This document shows positions 12,224 to 27,980 of a DNA stretch of 64,000 nt, one piece after another; the stretch's first letter is position 1, and each line of letters opens with the position of its first letter. The notes beneath the pieces were generated by a model. That model was not told where the DNA came from and ran no database searches. It saw only the letters and a program-made list of their open reading frames with translations. The stretch lies in assembly GCF_009914755.1 (NCBI RefSeq), contig NC_060944.1. One strand, 5' to 3'. The translations under genes and the position numbers were made by a program. The DNA comes from the human T2T-CHM13v2.0 reference genome, Homo sapiens.

Positions 12224-13955
12224 CATGTCGGATAACTTTTAGGAAGAGAAGATAGAGATTTCAGCTTCTGTTCTCATTGTATTCTCATTCCATTCTCATT
12301 CTTGTATTCTCCTCCCAAACAAAATAAAACAAAGAAATGTGTCCTTTCTAGCTTTATGCATGCATGTCCTCCGAGGAAAGGCAGTCCTCTTCATGTTTAG
12401 ATGCTCCAAAATGATGTCAAAAATTTTCCGAAAGGTTTTTTCCCACCAAGTGTAAAGTAAACTGAAGCATTCTAGACTATGAGGCAAACCCAGCAGGATC
12501 GAAGGGACTGCAAGCATCTAGGGTTGTGATGTTTTCAGTTCTGGTAAGAAAGAGCACATGGACAGAAAGAGGCAGAGAGATGGTCTGTCTCATTCACAGG
12601 TATATCCGCAATACCAGGCCCATAGTAACGGCTCAGTAAGCATCTGTTGGGTGAATAAAGGCATCAACAGAAAGCAAGCCAAGTCCTGGTGTTAGGTAAC
12701 CCATGCCTTATTTATCATCAAGGGGTCAACAATATATAGTGTGTACAGTTTATGAGCCCTGACATTTACCAGAATTTGGAACTTGCAAGGCATAACATGA
12801 AGGTCCCAATCCAGTAAGAACACAAGGGTACGGGGAGAGAATCAGCAGGTGCCCAAATCTGGGCAGTGCCGCTGCCAGCTCTCTGGGTCCCAAAGCCACG
12901 TCTAGGGAGACCAGGGCACCTAGAAGCAGCAGTTGTTCCCCAGCTGGCTGTGCAGAGCAGGTCTGGAGGGAGACAGGTGCCCGCAGCCCAAACTGCCTTC
13001 ATTTGAGAGAACAGCTGTTTGCTTGGGCCTTAGGCTGAGGAAAAAAATGCTGAGCCATATGTCCTTAGTAAATCAGTGCATGGCCCTATCAGAAAAAGTG
13101 CCCAAATGATTGATTAGAAAGTAACCAGCCAGCCCTTACGTATAGCTTTACTTGTGTGCTGCAAGTTTGTTTAATGTCAAAATGTACCAAAATCCACCCT
13201 GCGCCTTCCACTTCCATTTTTCATCACAGAAATATTTGCCAAATGCATGCACTGAAACCACTGGGGAAGAGAAGAAAGTAAGACATTTTCTTAAGAGGAG
13301 GGACTGCAAAGTGAGGCAGAAACTCGAACAGGAAACACCCTCTTTTATGGATTGTGTGTGATGTTAAACAATGATGAGAATGTTTCTGAGTACTTGCAGG
13401 CTGATAGATCATAAAGGAATCTTAAATTCACCTAGACCTTTTTTTCAAACACTCAGACACCTACCAGATGGGGAAACAGAGGCACTAGAACCCATATGTT
13501 GACAATCTTTGGAATCCATTGAGTTAAGACCATAATCTACATCTCTAGTCTTTTTCCTTTGCTGACTTGTCTATTCACTCAGAGTAACAACGTAGAAAAA
13601 GCCTACCTTAAGAAGGAGTTTCAACGGTTTCTCATTTCTTCAAATGGTATTGAATATAATTCCATATAAGCTTTAGTCCTCAAACAGCTTTAGTCACTTA
13701 CATCAGCCAACTGGTACCTTCAGCAAAAATACATTCAGGTATTTACATTTTTAACAAGATAAATCAGCACATAGCATTGGTTGTATATTTATCAAAATTC
13801 TACCTTGGGTAATTGTGATTTATTGGAAAAATTAATATCAAAATCTAAAATGTTAATCAAACTTAACTGAAAAATGCAAAAATCAGCACCTTTCTTTCAA
13901 ACCAGCAGTGATCATGTATAAACAATAATAGAAAAACCCTATCAAAAATAACTCA

Positions 13956-14252
<297 letters not shown>

Positions 14253-14254
14253 GG

Positions 14255-15730
<1,476 letters not shown>

Positions 15731-15934
15731 CAGAAAAAGATTCACTAGTTGGATCATGAAGAAACAGAATTTGTGTTTTAAGGGGAGGGAGAAGAAGTGG
15801 GAGAATTCTAGGGAGAAAGAACAGCGAGGGTGATAGGAAGGGTACATGAAAGTACATTGCAAGTTTGATTTGGAAACTGTAGTGTGCTCTGGAAGGCCAG
15901 GTGAGGGGCAGATAGAAGGGGTAAGAAGAGGTGA

Positions 15935-16457
<523 letters not shown>

Positions 16458-17782
16458 AGATCCAGAAAAGTTACTTAGGAAGAAAATTAATAACGACTCT
16501 CCTTAAGTAACTTGGTTGATTTATGACAGGCATTAAATGATACTTTAAAACAGCCTTATGTGGACTTCAGTCAGTAGGGGGTGCACCAATGCTGAAAATT
16601 CTGATACTAATAAAGAATAGCACTTATTTGTTAATCTTACGGTCCTTCGTCCTGCTTACTATTTGTCCCTTTTTTGCCCATCTCACCACTCTCTATCCCC
16701 CACATTAAGAAATTTCTCATTGCTGCACATACCACCAGTTATAAAACTGGATTTTAATAAGAGTTAATTTAATGTTGCTGTTTATTAAATTGTTACAAGT
16801 AAGTGTGACATTTTTGAGAAATTGCTGTATGGAGAAGAGTTTAAATTGTGCTTATTTATTCATGACACATTTTTTATCACAATAGTTGAGAAAGTATTAG
16901 TACTAGTAAAAAATGGAGGTGATATTTAATAGTCCATGGGGACACAAATTGTATAATTAAAAGAAGAGTAATAGTGACCTTTAGATAAAGCATATTTCAT
17001 AAAGTGCTCATTAAAAAGGAGTTCACTTTTGGAACTTTATTTTCTCAAAGTTCTCTTTATAAAATAGAATTAATAAAATACCACAGTTTATTGAAATTTT
17101 AAAGAGTACAGAGAGCTGTGGTGTTGTGTAGAGAAATTGAGGGGGAAATAAAATTAGGTTTGTATATGGTATTTTTGAAACAAAGAGGAACCTGATTGGC
17201 ATAGTTAACATTTGAAGAATATAGCTAAAAATATTGCGCCAGAATAATAAGCCCTGGTATCAAAACATATGAAATGAGAATTAGCATTTCCTGAGAGAAA
17301 ATTAAAACTATAGAATTAAAGAAAGCACCATCTGAATAGGAAAAGAGCCATTTGTGGTAGAGTAGAGTTTGGAAACTGAGAGGTGCCTACATTTCATTAG
17401 ATGATGCTATGCTCTTTTGAAATGATGATACAGGGTGTACCAATGATCTTCTCCCTTTCCGTTCCTTAAAAATGCTTATAAAGTGGCTTAAAACAAAGGA
17501 AAATATTAGCAATGAAAATGATTACTAAAGTGAATCATATGCAATCAAAAGTTTAAAAACTTTTGTAGAAGAAAAAGTTATGAAACTAAAATTTAAAAAA
17601 AAAGCACCATGTGGAAGACCTATTAAAAGGCACAGATGCTCAAAAGAACTCCTAAAAGATATTTCAACGTTGCACTTTCTCTGAATAACATACTTATAAA
17701 AAGTCACACAGATAACCTAAAATTAAAAGTTTATACAAAGATAGAGCAATGATAATAAATATGAGAAAGCAAAAGCTTTTGT

Positions 17783-17837
17783 ATATTATCAAATAATATC
17801 TTATTTTATCAAATAATATCATATTTTATCAAATAAT
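17783..17837. repeat. 20-bp AT-rich tandem repeat, ~2.7 copies
   Basis: ttatcaaataat recurs at 17786, 17806 and 17826. Confidence 0.85.
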
Positions 17838-19223
17838 TAAAACATATTATGTGAAATAAATGGGTGGTTATACAAAGATAAATACAGTACATACTTAACA
17901 CATAAGAATTGTGAATTTATATGCACCAAATAACATGGCAACAAAACACAAAAAGTGAGGGATAGAAGAACTTCAAGTAGAAGCTAACAAAAATTTAGTT
18001 ACGGAGCAGCATTAAATTTCTTGTAATCAAGACCACAACAGGTAAAGTAAATAAAATCCTGCAGTCTGTAAGTTTGATATACTCTCCTTATAAGTATTCA
18101 GAGAACACTTATTACTCTTATCACTTGCTAGTTTACATAAGATCAAATGAATAAATATCACCAGAAGTTTTACAGGCTGTACTGTGACCAAAATACAACC
18201 AAAATTTGAAAGTAAATGCCTTAAGAATAAACAAACAAAATTGAAAATTACTGCAATATTTTAAAGTAGTCCCTCAAAGAACAACTGGGATAATGGGAAA
18301 ACAAAGAATTCAATAAAGACAATTTAGGAAATAATAACAATATACTACATTTCAAGATCTATAAAAGTCAATGCTTAGAGAACAAGTTAATGACAGCTTT
18401 AAATATTTTTATTGTTAATATGAAAAAGAAAAAGTAAATTTATTATTCAATATTACATCTTAGGGAAAAAAGAACACAATAAAAGAATAAAAAAGTTATA
18501 AATTGGAAGGCAAGAAAATAAACAGTAAACTAAGGCAAGAGCTGATTCCTTGAAACTTTGATAATAGACAAACCTGTGATAAATCTAATTTAGAAAAACA
18601 AAACAAAAAAAAGCCAAACATAAAAAGTAGAAATTAGAAATGAAACAGAAACCCTATAGACATAAAAATTATAAGAAATCAATGTTGATAATTCTGCAAC
18701 TGTATTTGTAGCTCTCAAGGAAATGGGTAATTTCACACAAAAATAGAAGTTTCTAAAGTTGAAGCGAGATGAAGAAAATCTTTATACATTAATAAGAGAG
18801 GAATACATTCAGAAAATCATCAAAGAACTATTAAGATTTCAAGAAAGAGGGCTCTGAATCTGACAGATAATTACAAAAATATTTTAAAGAAATAAATAAT
18901 ACTGTTTTACAATGAGTATTCCTGACAGAGAAACACTTATTATACTACCGATAAGGATAAGCACCCCAAACAACTAGCCAAGGTCATAAAAACAGATGGG
19001 GAAATCTTAAATGAAACCCATTAAAAAGACATTGGATTATGAAGTAAAACGTATCCCTGAAATGCAGGGATGGTTCAATGACAAAATGTAATATGGTATG
19101 AGAGAATTAAATGAAAATCCATACATAGCCATTTCCATAGATGTTGACAAGTAGTTTGACAAAATTCAGCACACATTCTAACTACACATTTTTTAAAAAA
19201 AGGCTAGAGGTATATTTTCTTAA

Positions 19224-19540
<317 letters not shown>

Positions 19541-19563
19541 ATTTTTTTTTTTTTTTAAATCAA

Positions 19564-19893
<330 letters not shown>

Positions 19894-20460
19894 TTATAGC
19901 CAATGGACAACCTTAGAGACATTTCTTTAAAAGCAAAATGAAATTTTTAAGGTGCTGCCTTAATTTAAAATTGTTTTGAGATGTATATTCAATAAAATAA
20001 AATCAAAAATTAAGAAATAAGAATATGTAATGGACCCAGCAAGACAAAACATTCATTTTCAGGTGATAAAACATGTAACTAAACCTGCTAAATGTTGCTG
20101 GATACAGAACAAATCTTTGAAATCAATAGTATCCCTGTGTATCCGCATTAACATTTCATTAATTATAATAAGAAAGAGTAGAAAATCCTTAGAAATAAGC
20201 TTAATAAGGAATAGATGCATGAAATACAGTGAACAGTTTACTGAAAAGTACAAAGGAAGACATGATGGAAGGTAGAAACATGCTGTGTCCTGCAAGGGAA
20301 CACATTTTCTAAGGATGGTAATTTTCCCCAAGTTCAATTAAAATCCCCAGAAGATGTTAAACAGAACAAAAATAGCTAACGTAAATAATTGTAAAAATCA
20401 TTAGAAAAGAATGGTCATGAGAAGCTATAAAGAATTTAAGTGGCGACCAGCCCGGCTGAC

Positions 20461-20670
20461 CGAGGTGGATATACCATGAAGCTACTGAAGTTTTCACTCC
20501 TAAGCGCTCAGGGCACAGATCCTCCCAGTAATGCCTGGGAGGAGCTCTGTTTTTCTCATGGTGATGTGCTTTTGTAAATTTTACGTCAGTAAATATTTTC
20601 TTCATGAGATACCACCCCTCACCCAATTGTATAAGTTTTGGGTGTCACAATACTTGAAGCCACCATGCCA
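20461..20670. mobile_element. MER45-like hAT-Tip100 element
   Basis: Termini gaggtggatataccatgaagctactgaag ... caattgtataag resemble recalled MER45. Confidence 0.55.
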
Positions 20671-20714
20671 GATATAAAATGATGTTCTAAATCTATAATA
20701 ATTAAAAGACAGCT

Positions 20715-21031
20715 GGCTGGGTGTGGTTGCTCACACCTGTAATTCCAGCAGTTTGGGAGGCCGAGGTGGGCGGATCACCTGAGGTCACGAGTTCGAGACC
20801 AGCCTGGCCAACATGCTGAAACCCCATCTCTACAAAAATACAAAAATTAGCTGGGCGTGTTGGTGTGCACCTGTAGTCCCAGCTACTCAGGAGGCTGAGG
20901 CAGGAGAATTGCTTGAACCTGGGAGGCGGAGGTTGCAGTTGAGCTGAGACTGCACCACTGCACTCCAGCATGGGCAGCAAGAGTGAAACTCTGTCTCAAA
21001 AAAAAAAAAAAAAAAAAAAAGAAAGAAAAAA
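20715..21031 (+). mobile_element. AluSq/Sp-like
   Basis: Sense Alu with caagagtgaaactc near the 3' end. Confidence 0.92.
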
Positions 21032-21084
21032 TAGGTCAATAGAACAGAAACGCCAGAAGTAAATAAAATGATATGTAAAATGTA

Positions 21085-21480
21085 AATATGTCACATATAC
21101 ACCATGGAATACTATGCACCCATAAAAAAGAATGAGTTCATGTCCTTTGGAGGGACATGGATGAAGCTGGAAGCCATCATTCTCAGCAAACTAACACAGG
21201 AACAGAAAACCAAACACCGCATGTTCTCACTCATACGTGGGAGTTGAACAATGAGAACACATGGACACCGGGAGGGGAACATCACACACTGAGACCTGTT
21301 TGGGGGGCAGGGGGCAAGGGGAGGGAGAGCATTAGGACAAATACCTAATGCATGTGGGGCTTAAAATGTAGGTGACGGGTTGATAGGTGCAGCAAACCAC
21401 CACAGTGCATGTATACCTATGTGACAAACGTGCACGTTCTGCACTTATATTCTGAACTTAAAGTACAATAAAATACAAGA
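21085..21480 (+). mobile_element. L1PA 3' end (older primate L1)
   Basis: atatacaccatggaatactatgca...gaaaaccaaacaccgcatgttctcactcata...gaacttaaagta. Confidence 0.9.
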
Positions 21481-21704
21481 AAGGAGAGAAAAAATAAATA
21501 TGGGAGATAGTGTCATAAAAATATGAAAGAACGCAAGAACACATTATTTAATATATGGTATTGGGTGCAGCTAGGTGATGTTCAAAATAGTAACAACTGG
21601 TGTGGCATGGGCACAATGCACTGACAGGTAACAACAGTTACTGGCCATTCCCAACATATGCTGCTGAACCAGTGTGTATGGACTTCATGTCATCCCTGCT
21701 ATAA

Positions 21705-22061
<357 letters not shown>

Positions 22062-22100
22062 TGAGCTCCAGGTGGATTGGCACATTAAATTTAAGATACT

Positions 22101-22372
22101 CCTCATGCCTGTAGTCCCAACACTTTGGGAGGCTGAGGCAGGCAGGTCAGGAGTTTGAGATCAGCCTGGCCAACATAGTGAAACCCCATCTCTGCTAAAA
22201 ATACAAAAATTAGCTGGGTGTGGTGGTGGGCGCCTGTAATCCAGCTACTTGGGAGGCTGAGGCAAGAGAATCTTTTGAACCTAGGAGGCAGAGGTTGCAG
22301 TGAGCCGAGATTGTGACACTGCCCTCCAGCCTGGGCAACAGAGTGGGACTCCATCTCAAGCAAATAAAAAAA
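22101..22372 (+). mobile_element. AluS (5'-truncated, small deletion)
   Basis: ctcatgcctgtagtcccaacactttggg...ctccatctcaa. Confidence 0.9.
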
Positions 22373-22924
22373 TTTAAAATACTCGATTCTAGACTTTCTA
22401 AGAATAGAAGCAATAAAAGAAGCCAAACATTTTAATAATTAGAATGTAGAGCATTTTTATAAAATGAAAATTAACAAAAATCAAAAAGGAAACTATTTGG
22501 GAAAAAAATGTGAGCATCAAATATGGCAAGGGGTTAATATTTAAAGAAACCACTTTAATATATACCAATAACGTGGAGGGTCTGATGAACAAAGAAACAA
22601 AGGTCATAAGTGGACGATTAACACAAGAGCGAGGAGTAAACGAACATATGGAGAGATGTGGGGCTTCTGGATTGGGTAAAGACATGCCACGTGAGGTAAC
22701 AGTGGGGTGCCATTTAAACTGTTCACACGAGTGATATGTTTAAAAAGATGCATATTGCTGCTAACGCTGCAGTTGTACTAGTAACTGGCATGGTATAGTT
22801 CAATTATTTTACTTGCTTATAATTTTCTCTTGAACAGACATAGGAGAAATATATATTGGCAATATAAAAGTAGAATAATAAAAATGTTTTTGCCTTTTTG
22901 CCCCATAATCCTGTATTTGAGAAG

Positions 22925-23400
22925 AAGCATGGCATGGGGAAGAGAGCATGGAATTTCGAGTTGGAAATTCTAGGTTTGAAGCCAGGTTTTAATACTTGCA
23001 AGCTGGGCAATCCCGGGAAAGTTGCTTAATTTTCTCTCTGGTCCTTAGTTTTCTCTTTTGCAAAGTCAGGATTATCATATGTGCCTCAGAGGGTTTGGCT
23101 GAAGGTTAAATGCAATAGCCTGGGTATAAATGGAAGAACTTAACATTTCTATGGCACTTTGTTCCTTTGTTCATGAATCTCAGTTTCCTTGTCTGTAACA
23201 TGGGATAATAATACCTGTCTCACAGTCAGAAGAGATAATGTATTCATTCACACACGGATTCATTCATTCAACCTTGAGGGTTTAGGAGTGACTTGGTGCT
23301 GACCTAGGTGCTGGCCATACGGAGGCAGATGAAGCAAACCCAGTCAGCCATTCCCTTTCCAGCTGGAGCTGAGTCCAGAGATGGGCTTGTCATGTGGTCA
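22925..23400. mobile_element. MIR and L2 fragments
   Basis: MIR motifs (aagttgcttaa.ttctctctg, ctcagtttccttgtctgtaa.atgggataataatacct) and an L2 end (cattcattcattcaa...ctaggtgctgg). Confidence 0.6.
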
Positions 23401-23479
23401 TCATGCCACAGGTCTCAACAAACACAAACACGCTGTAATTAGCTAGGATGACTCTGCCATCCAGGGCACATTCAGTGCT

Positions 23480-24230
23480 CCTCAAAAGAGAGTCCACAGT
23501 TATATTTCTTTTGTGTGTCCTCTGTATAGAACAGAGGCTCAAATGAATATTCCATTCATCGGGTGCATGCATGCATAAATGTCTACAGGAGGGTCATTTG
23601 TTTTAATGAACAATCTGAAGTCACCTAAATGTCCAATATAAGAGGAGTGGCTAGGCCAGTGGGATTGTAATCACACAGCAGAAGACTTTGCAGTCATTAA
23701 AATGGAAAATTCTGAGCATCACAAAAGACACAGAAAAATATCTGATATAATATTACACAGGAACAAAAGTAGAATACAAAATGACACGAACTTCACAATT
23801 ATAAATATATGTCCAGAATCAGAGGGAATATTGAAAAGCAAACATTTTATTACAGCAGTGAGATTCTGGGTGAATTTAAAAAATTCCTTTTATGATGTGA
23901 AAATATTGTGTTAGCAATAAAATAACAACTACCAGAAAGAAAATGGCTGCTGTGCAGAGAGAAAAATAGATGAATTTATTAAATTTTTTTGGTTGAAGTA
24001 TAACTTACAAATGGTAAAGTGCACCTAAATGTACACTCAATGAATTTTCCCATATACACACCTGCCTAAATGTACACTCAGCTAATTTTTCCATATGTGT
24101 ACACCTGCCTAAATGTACATTCAATGAAGTTTTCCATATGTATACACCTGCCTAAATGTACACTCGATGAATTTTTACGTATATATACACCTGCTTAACC
24201 TCCACCCAATTCAAGTTATAGAACATTAAA
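23480..24230. mobile_element. Old L1ME/MD 3'-end fragments
   Basis: cacctaaatgtccaat..gaggagtggcta and gttgaagtataacttac...aagtgcac...tatagaacatt. Confidence 0.55.
24024..24194. repeat. Minisatellite, ~43-bp unit x4
   Basis: cctaaatgtaca recurs at 24024, 24065, 24108 and 24151. Confidence 0.9.
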
Positions 24231-25886
24231 AATGGGTGATTTTAAGTGGGAGAAAATAGCTTTGGTGTATGTTGTGAGGGTGGACATAAAATCAATAGAC
24301 AGTATTATTTTGCAAAAAATATCAGTCTTCCTAATGTGAAGATAAAATGTTAGAATACATTAAAACAGCAGAGAATGTAAGGCCCATTTTTAGAGGGAGT
24401 TCAGAAGTTGATAGATTATCCGAGGAAAACAAAGTGAACAGACTTTTTTCCCCCTTTTTATACTAAACGGCCCAAATGGAGGAAAATCACTTTCAAATGA
24501 TTACATATAATATGCATAACGACAAATCCGACACTGCCAAAATCATATGCACAACCTCAGTTTTCCTTCCGGCAAGATAAACAAATCGACACCGATAAAT
24601 CTGAGTGGAAACAGGGCTGTCAAATGTTATCTTCCGGACTTGGGATTAGAAACAAGGGGAATGTCGCAGAAGTCATTTGGCACCAGGAGGGCTGTGCATG
24701 CCCTTGTCTCTCTGCCTCATCCTTTGCTGCACTTTCCTCCAATACGTGAGTACATATGTATATATTTCTCTCACAGCCCCTCCTAATTCCCAAACCACAA
24801 ACACCGAAGCCTTATATAATTTCACTGTGATTTCTTTTCTGTTTTTGATTTATCTGAAGTGTTGCCTGACTGCTTTATCTTTCTCTACACAGCCTCTTAA
24901 ATTGCTTCAGCAGATCTAACCTCTCCAGAGACCGGAGACAGGCACAAAGCTTTACGCCGGACACTGCCAGGCCCACGTCCGTGTGGGCGTTGAATGGATG
25001 CTACGTGATGGCAGAATGAGTCACTGAGATTTAGGCGGAGAGTTTGGAGGAAGGTGCTAATGAAAAGGGCTCTGGTGCTGCAGGAGACATACGCAGGTCA
25101 GGAATAATGACGTCAGCCCGGAGCCAGTGTTTAAAAATAGTGAAGCTCTCCTATGAATCAAAATGATTCTATGGGGAAAAAACTAAACTGGTGATGGAAG
25201 GTTATATTGCTTTGTAAAAGAAAAAGTAATTTATGCTCGACTTCAAGAAAAGCAAAAGTTACAAATCAAAATAAACTCAGAAGTGCTTGAAGTAGGCAGA
25301 AACTCATCAAAACAGTTGGAGTGAACTTACCATGTTCTGTACACTAACTAAAGAAAATTGCTAGGGGATAGTGAATAGCAAAGATGCCTGGCTTCCTTCC
25401 CTATCGCAGTCACCTCTGCAAGTAGGATTACCAGCTTCTGCTTTGTGACAGCTTTTGCTGTTTCTGATGGGTCCTTATGCTGAGGGTACAGTCGACAGAC
25501 CATTCACTGCTGAAGCTGTCAGAATTAACCCCAAAGAAAAACGGAGCTGAATAGGCTTTATGATTACATAACATGCCTAGACTTGACCAGCCCAGGCTGT
25601 TTGTTTATATATGTCTGGCATGCCAGATTCGACCTGACTTAAGTGGTACCTGCTTTAATTAATTTAATTGGTTTTCTTTTCTTGATGGAAAATAGAAAGA
25701 TATTTAACTACTCCAAAATCTCTTCCCTACCCCATGAAAGCCTTTGTAAATTCTATTTGATGAGGTGGTTAAGTTATTCAGTGAATGATTCTATGCAAGC
25801 ATATACTCACAAAAATAATATTTAAACAATACTATAGCTGACATGGAATAAATACCAAATAACTAGTCAGACCACATCTGTACTTT

Positions 25887-25920
25887 TACAGTTGATCTTA
25901 GCCAAAGGCTAAGAAGCAAT
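25887..25920 (-). pseudogene. 3'-truncated U2 snRNA retrocopy (about U2 nt 1-35) with TSD
   Basis: Reverse complement ATTGCTTCTTAGCCTTTGGCTAAGATCAACTGTA versus the U2 5' end ATCGCTTCTCGGCCTTTTGGCTAAGATCAAGTGTA. Flanks cacatctgtactttta (25873) and cacctctgtacttcta (25922). Confidence 0.85.
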
Positions 25921-26185
25921 GCACCTCTGTACTTCTAAATACAAAATCAATTCTGCAACATAAAAACATTCACCTATGGGAATTGGGATTTTGGCTTTCT
26001 TTTAGTAATTCATAAGCTTGTGGTAATAAGTATAAAAACAGGAATTACCAACTGAGTAAAAATTTTTCTATCTATAAAAACTAAGCAAAGCCAATAATTA
26101 AATACTGTAGTTTTTGAAAGTTTAGTTTTAAAATTTGTCTTTTTATAAAATTAGCCGTGATATATATTTTTAAATGACTAAATAG

Positions 26186-26509
<324 letters not shown>

Positions 26510-27284
26510 GAGATCTTATTTTTTTTCTTAAATAACCTGGAGCAACTTAATAATAAAAACAAACAAGTTAACTTTAGTTCCTGTTGTTCGCTTTATACAT
26601 TATCAAGGTGTTGCCATAAAATATGAGATGAAGGTAGAAATGGTTTTAATGAGGCATGCTTGATTTTTCTTAGTTTGTTTCATGCACATTTTATCTGTAT
26701 GACAAAATATCAATGTGGAATTAAATATTATACAGAAAGAGGATATAGAAAGCAAGCACATTTTATTTTTGCTTTTATTCTTTCCCATTGCACTCAGTAC
26801 TATAAATGAGTTGCAAATGAGGTACAGCTACAAGTAATGAAATTGTGCTGTTTGGTACAGTTCTAATAATTTATATCAATGAAACATAGTAACCGTTGCA
26901 TGGAAAGTGTGACTCCATCTACACAGACGGCAGCACAAATAGATAAAGGAAACCTGAGTTGGGATTACATAACGATAAGAGTATGCAACATAAAATACTG
27001 TGGGTTGCATTAAATTTTTTTTTAAAATTATGTGGATATCAAGAAAGGCAAAGAATTTGACTGCATAACTGGAAATTATGCCTCTAATTCTCTAATTATC
27101 GCCAAGCTAATTTATAATGGAAGAGCAGGATGAGAAAGATAATCATGTCTTCAAATGAAGTATCATGATTTCTCAGGGGTGAGCTACATTCTGTGTCACA
27201 CTGGAAAAGAGACAGACATTGCCCTTTTCTTCTAAAAGGATTTAGACACATAGAACACATTTGTCCTCTAATAATTGCATACCT

Positions 27285-27342
27285 CAAATTGCTTCAATCC
27301 TAAATAAATAGGCAGCTATTTATTTAGGATTGAAGCAATTTG
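27285..27342. repeat. Perfect 27-bp inverted repeat with a 4-nt spacer
   Basis: caaattgcttcaatcctaaataaatag-gcag-ctatttatttaggattgaagcaatttg. Confidence 0.97.
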
Positions 27343-27649
27343 GGGTATGTGATGATTTAGAATGGTCTAAAAATCAAATAGTCTTAAGAACAACTTTGCA
27401 TCCTTTCCAAGCTATTCTGAACAATTGATTCTATGTATTAGATGCAATTTTTCAACCTTTTATGTTGCTAAAGATGTTCGTTTGCCTCAGAATAAATAAC
27501 AAGCATCCTGCCTGTAAGACAGAGTAATATTTTTACCTTCATGATTATGAAAGATTAAACAGAAATATTTTAAAAGACATATTTTAGAAGGTAATATAAT
27601 CCAGAAACTGCAATTTATTATCCATGTCTGACATAAAATAAAAATTTAT

Positions 27650-27980
27650 CTGACATAAGAAGAAAAAAGAAAAGTGACTGGGAATTCAGATCAAAGAGTC
27701 AACAGAAGCGGACTAAGAGGTCATCCAGGTATTGCAGTTAGCAAACAAGTACTTCCAAATACCTACGATTAAGATGCTAAAGAAAATAGAGACAACTGTG
27801 GACAAAACAGATAAAAGATGAGGTATTTTAAAATGAATTGGATGTATCAAAGAGCTTGTAGTACTGGTTATGATCTCCAATACAATGTTGACTAGAAGTG
27901 GCAATGGTGGTTCTTCCTATCTTGCTCCTGAGCTCAGGAATGATGTTAGCTAAAAGGTTTCTGTAGCTGTACCTTTAAGG
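27650..27980. mobile_element. L1M fragments
   Basis: Minus-strand translation PLLVNIVLEII resembles the L1 RT motif SPLLFNIVLEVL. Confidence 0.55.

Noticed and set aside
24024-24194. CRISPR-like regularly spaced repeat
   Set aside because: The intervening segments are homologous to each other (a tandem repeat), there are no unique spacers or cas genes, and the DNA is primate.
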